A stretch of 37,313 nt of DNA from the NCBI GenBank assembly GCA_032718475.1, contig JAUCBJ010000130.1, positions 1-37,313 on the forward strand, in the 5' to 3' direction. The stretch comes from Nemertoderma westbladi. Its lineage: Eukaryota; Animalia; Xenacoelomorpha. Within the stretch, counting starts at the first letter, position 1, and every line of letters starts with the position of its first letter. A model generated the notes under the pieces. That model was not told the DNA's origin and searched no databases. It saw nothing but the letters and a program-made list of their open reading frames with translations. Made by a program: the position numbers and the translations under genes. Of the stretch, positions 34,236 to 37,313 are shown one piece after another.

Positions 34236-36910
34236 TCATATCAAGTTTCCATCAACATTAAAAGTCATGATTTCGGTCTTGGTAGCATTTATATGCAATC
34301 CAACCTCCTCAGCAGCCCTCTCCACGTTATTTAGTAGAAGCTGTGCATCTGCTAGCGTATTAGAGAGCAGGGCGATGTCATCCGTGAAGTCAGTGTCTGT
34401 GACTGTAGTTACTGGATATCTACTACTTCTGCGTTCTTGAAGTGTGAATCCCAGATCTTCACCCTTTGTGGTAATTGAGTAATCCAGTACAATTACAAAT
34501 AGTAATGGTGCTACTGTGTCACCTTGCAGTATGCCAGCCAGGATTGAGAAAAACTCAGTTTCACCATCTGGTGAGAGTACCTGTGCTTCTGTGTCACAAT
34601 ATAACAATCCAATGCCAGCAACGATTACTTCTGGTATCCCATAAGCTCTTAGGATTTCAAACATTTTGCCTCTATGGATGGAGTCGAATGCCTTCTTGAA
34701 GTCCAAAAAAGTCATGACTGCGGGCAGATTCTTTGACTTGATTCCTTCAATAAGTCTCCGCAGTGCAAGTATCTGAGCTATTGTTGATCTACTTGGTTGA
34801 AATCCGTTTTTGCTCTTACGCAGTAGTTTCTCTATGTGAGGCCTAATCCTATATAGAATCATTTTATTGTATATTTTGGCAGCTACCACAAGCAGACAGA
34901 TCCCACGATAGTTTGTTGGTATACTGTGGTCTCCTTTCTTGGGGAGAGGCTTTAGTTGACCTTTAGTCCAAATTGGTGGAGGCTTTTCCCCTTTTAACAT
35001 CTGGTTGCAAACATTCAATAATGGTCTGTTTAGCACTCCTGTTTTCCATACCTCCGCTGGAAATTCATCTAATCCACTCGCTTTATTATTGGACATGGTT
35101 TTAATGCTTCTTTGGAGTTCGGTAGGTGTGAAGTCTCCTGTCTCTATAGGTAGTGTCTTGTCATATATTTTCCTTGTAGGGCTGACCTCGATGTTTGGTG
35201 GCTGCCCAAGCAAGTTGCTGAAGTGATTTTTCCACTTCCCCACACGTTCTTCGGGACTTTCGGCTTTGAGGCGCCCCTTTGCACAACTTTTCCGACCAGA
35301 TACCTCATTCACAGTTTGCCAGGTAAGTCTTGATTGTTGCTGTATGTGAGCAGTTGTAATTGCTTCAATTTTACCCTGTATGTACTTTTCCTGGCTGATG
35401 TTGTAAGCCAATTTAAGATCGTCCTTAGCTTTCTCAACCTTGTTAATGTTTTTGGTTGTTGGTTGTTGGTTGTTCGGTTTTTACTTTGTAGGCTATCTTA
35501 AGATCTTCTCTCTTACAAGTAACCACAGAGTTTTGCCATGGCACATACTGTATTCGTTTGGGTTTCTGGGGGAAATGCCTCTTAGCTGATTCCTTGTGGG
35601 CTTTTATTATATTCTGGTATATTGAATCGGTGGACTGGTCTTCATCAATTGACTGAAGTGCTTCAAAGCGGTTTTGAACTTCTACTGTGTAAGCATCCTT
35701 TACTGCATTGTCAGTTCTGAGTTTCTCCCAGTCATAGTTGATTTGCTTGCTTGTCATGGGTTTGCTGGCTCTCAAACTGAGTCTGATCTCTGCAGTCACA
35801 ATTCTGTGGTCCAAACCAATTAGGTTGAACGAGCTGTATGCCTCGCAGTTGTTCATGCTGTTTCTCCACTTTTTGTATATAAGGATGTAATCCAGTTGTG
35901 CTTTGGTTCCATTATGGTATTGAAAGGTCCATAGCTTCCCATTACTCTTTTCGAATGTGGTGTTTGTTGGTATCAATTCACATTCTTCCATTAGGTCTAA
36001 AAGTAAGTACCCATTCCTATTAGAACTGGTGTTATGTGTAACCCTTGATGTCTTCTGGGCCAATTTGAGCATTCAGGTCACCAGCAATGACTTTAACATT
36101 GTGTTTCGAAATGTCCTTTATAAGTCCAGTCAGATCTTCATAAAACTTGACTGCTTGTTCTGGCTCTGAGGCATTGGTTGGACTGTAGCAACATATTACT
36201 GTTGTCTTGGGATTCCCCTCAAATCTTGCTATCATAACCCTGGAATTTATAGATTCGATGTTGTTTAGGGTCTTAAGTGCAAATGGACTTAGCAGAATTC
36301 CTACTCATCAAGCAGGGCGACCTTGTCAACCTGTTTGTTATGTGCTTTTCAGCGTGCGTGCGTTCATTGTAGCCAATCTTTAGTTTAGTTTTTACATTTC
36401 AGCAGGTTGGTTCTTCTTTCTTCTCTGTCTTCTGTTCCAGTAGCCGATTTATTGACCCCAGCCTGGTGTAGCACTGAGGGACGCGGTCCTTGTTGACCCG
36501 GGGCGATGACTGAGCCGGTATTTCTCCTGGAGGGTTCTCATGCTCATATCTTTCAGTTGCGAGAGTAAACCGCTTGTGGTCGCAACTCCTACAAGCATCT
36601 TCGCAGTAGGTCGCCGTTGGTTGATTACCTTCCGCCGACCTTGTCAGCATGTCTAGCCTTTGGTTGATTACCTTCTGCCTATCCATGGCCTACAGCCCTG
36701 CTGCCGACTGTAGGGGTCCATTTGTTACACCCTGAACCAAGTGTGCCTCCTGGGTTAGGTTACCTAACACTGGTAGAGGAGCATGCAGTATAGACAGAGC
36801 GGGGCATGTATCACATCTATTGCAGATGCGTACTCAAGCCTTTGCCTTCAATGGTGCCCTAGGCGCTATAACCATCAATGACCTTGTTTAGTTGATGGGG
36901 CTTACCAACC
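34236..36910 (-). mobile_element. RTE-clade LINE (5' leader, AP endonuclease, RT), frameshifted and lacking its 3' end
   Basis: LLKCK..ATMNARTL start, CYSPTN, IAGDLNA, QLDYIL, LDHRIV (APE); NYRGICL, FLDFKKAFDSIHR, GILQGDTVAPLLF, DFTDDIAL (RT). 5' boundary approximate. Confidence 0.92.
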
Positions 36911-37059
36911 CACTCTTGATCAACTAAATAATGAATAGGCTAAGTGCTTATCGGGCCTGACCTACTGGGCTGACAGCTACAGGTAGTACCACATTACTGT
37001 CATAGTGGTAGCAGGATCTGGGGACCTGACCTGACCTGAGATTTGATATTTAAATATAA

Positions 37060-37290
37060 ATCTCAATTTCGATATTGTCCATGAGGTTGGAAAGCTTGCA
37101 GCATTAAATACAATGTTAAATAAAGTTACCAGCCACGTAACCCAGTTGATGGGTAAGAGTTTTTATAACCGACCCAGGTAAACCATGTGGTCCACTCGCC
37201 TTTGCAGGATTCAGCTCTTTTATCGCTTTATCAACTTCGGAGCCTGAGATATCTTCATCTAGAATCGGAATATAAATCTAGTTCACATCT
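37060..37290 (-). mobile_element. LINE RT N-terminal fragment
   Basis: IPILDEDISGSEVDKAIKELNPAKASGPHGLP, typical of the pre-RT region. Confidence 0.7.
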
Positions 37291-37313
37291 AGTTGTTCGG
37301 ACATCTAGTTGTT

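Noticed and set aside
36399-36686. 95-aa ORF as an independent gene
   Set aside because: It lies in the 5' region of the RTE element, directly upstream of the endonuclease start motif.

Overview
AT-rich animal (probably marine invertebrate) genomic DNA, mostly intronic and full of decayed transposons; nothing prokaryotic and no CRISPR. On the + strand are the first two coding exons of an NMDA-receptor GluN1 (NR1)-type gene (499-775, 9112-9236), with a compact CRE/CCAAT/ETS promoter that may also drive a divergent transcript. I could not find GluN1 exon 3 in the remaining 28 kb. That interval holds the 3' exons of an SLC22-family transporter on the - strand (33297-33511, 33105-33213, 22077-22292, probably 20331-20388), so the transporter is probably nested antisense in a GluN1 intron. 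Mobile elements: a near-complete decayed CRE-clade retrotransposon, an RTEX-like LINE, an RTE LINE plus several RTE fragments, a hAT(m)-like transposase fragment, two non-autonomous Helitrons, a tRNA-derived SINE, an LTR-like insert and MITE-like pieces. The most unusual observations are: (1) a minisatellite made from the SLC22 exon end plus its splice donor; (2) a 508-bp element with a 10-bp target duplication carrying a tRNA-like cassette and arm/inverted-arm repeats; (3) three sequence-unrelated elements sharing a hairpin-plus-inverted-repeat layout; (4) a near-identical tandem duplication that may be an assembly artefact. Family names come from recalled motifs, not database searches, and I cannot establish that any of these is undescribed.
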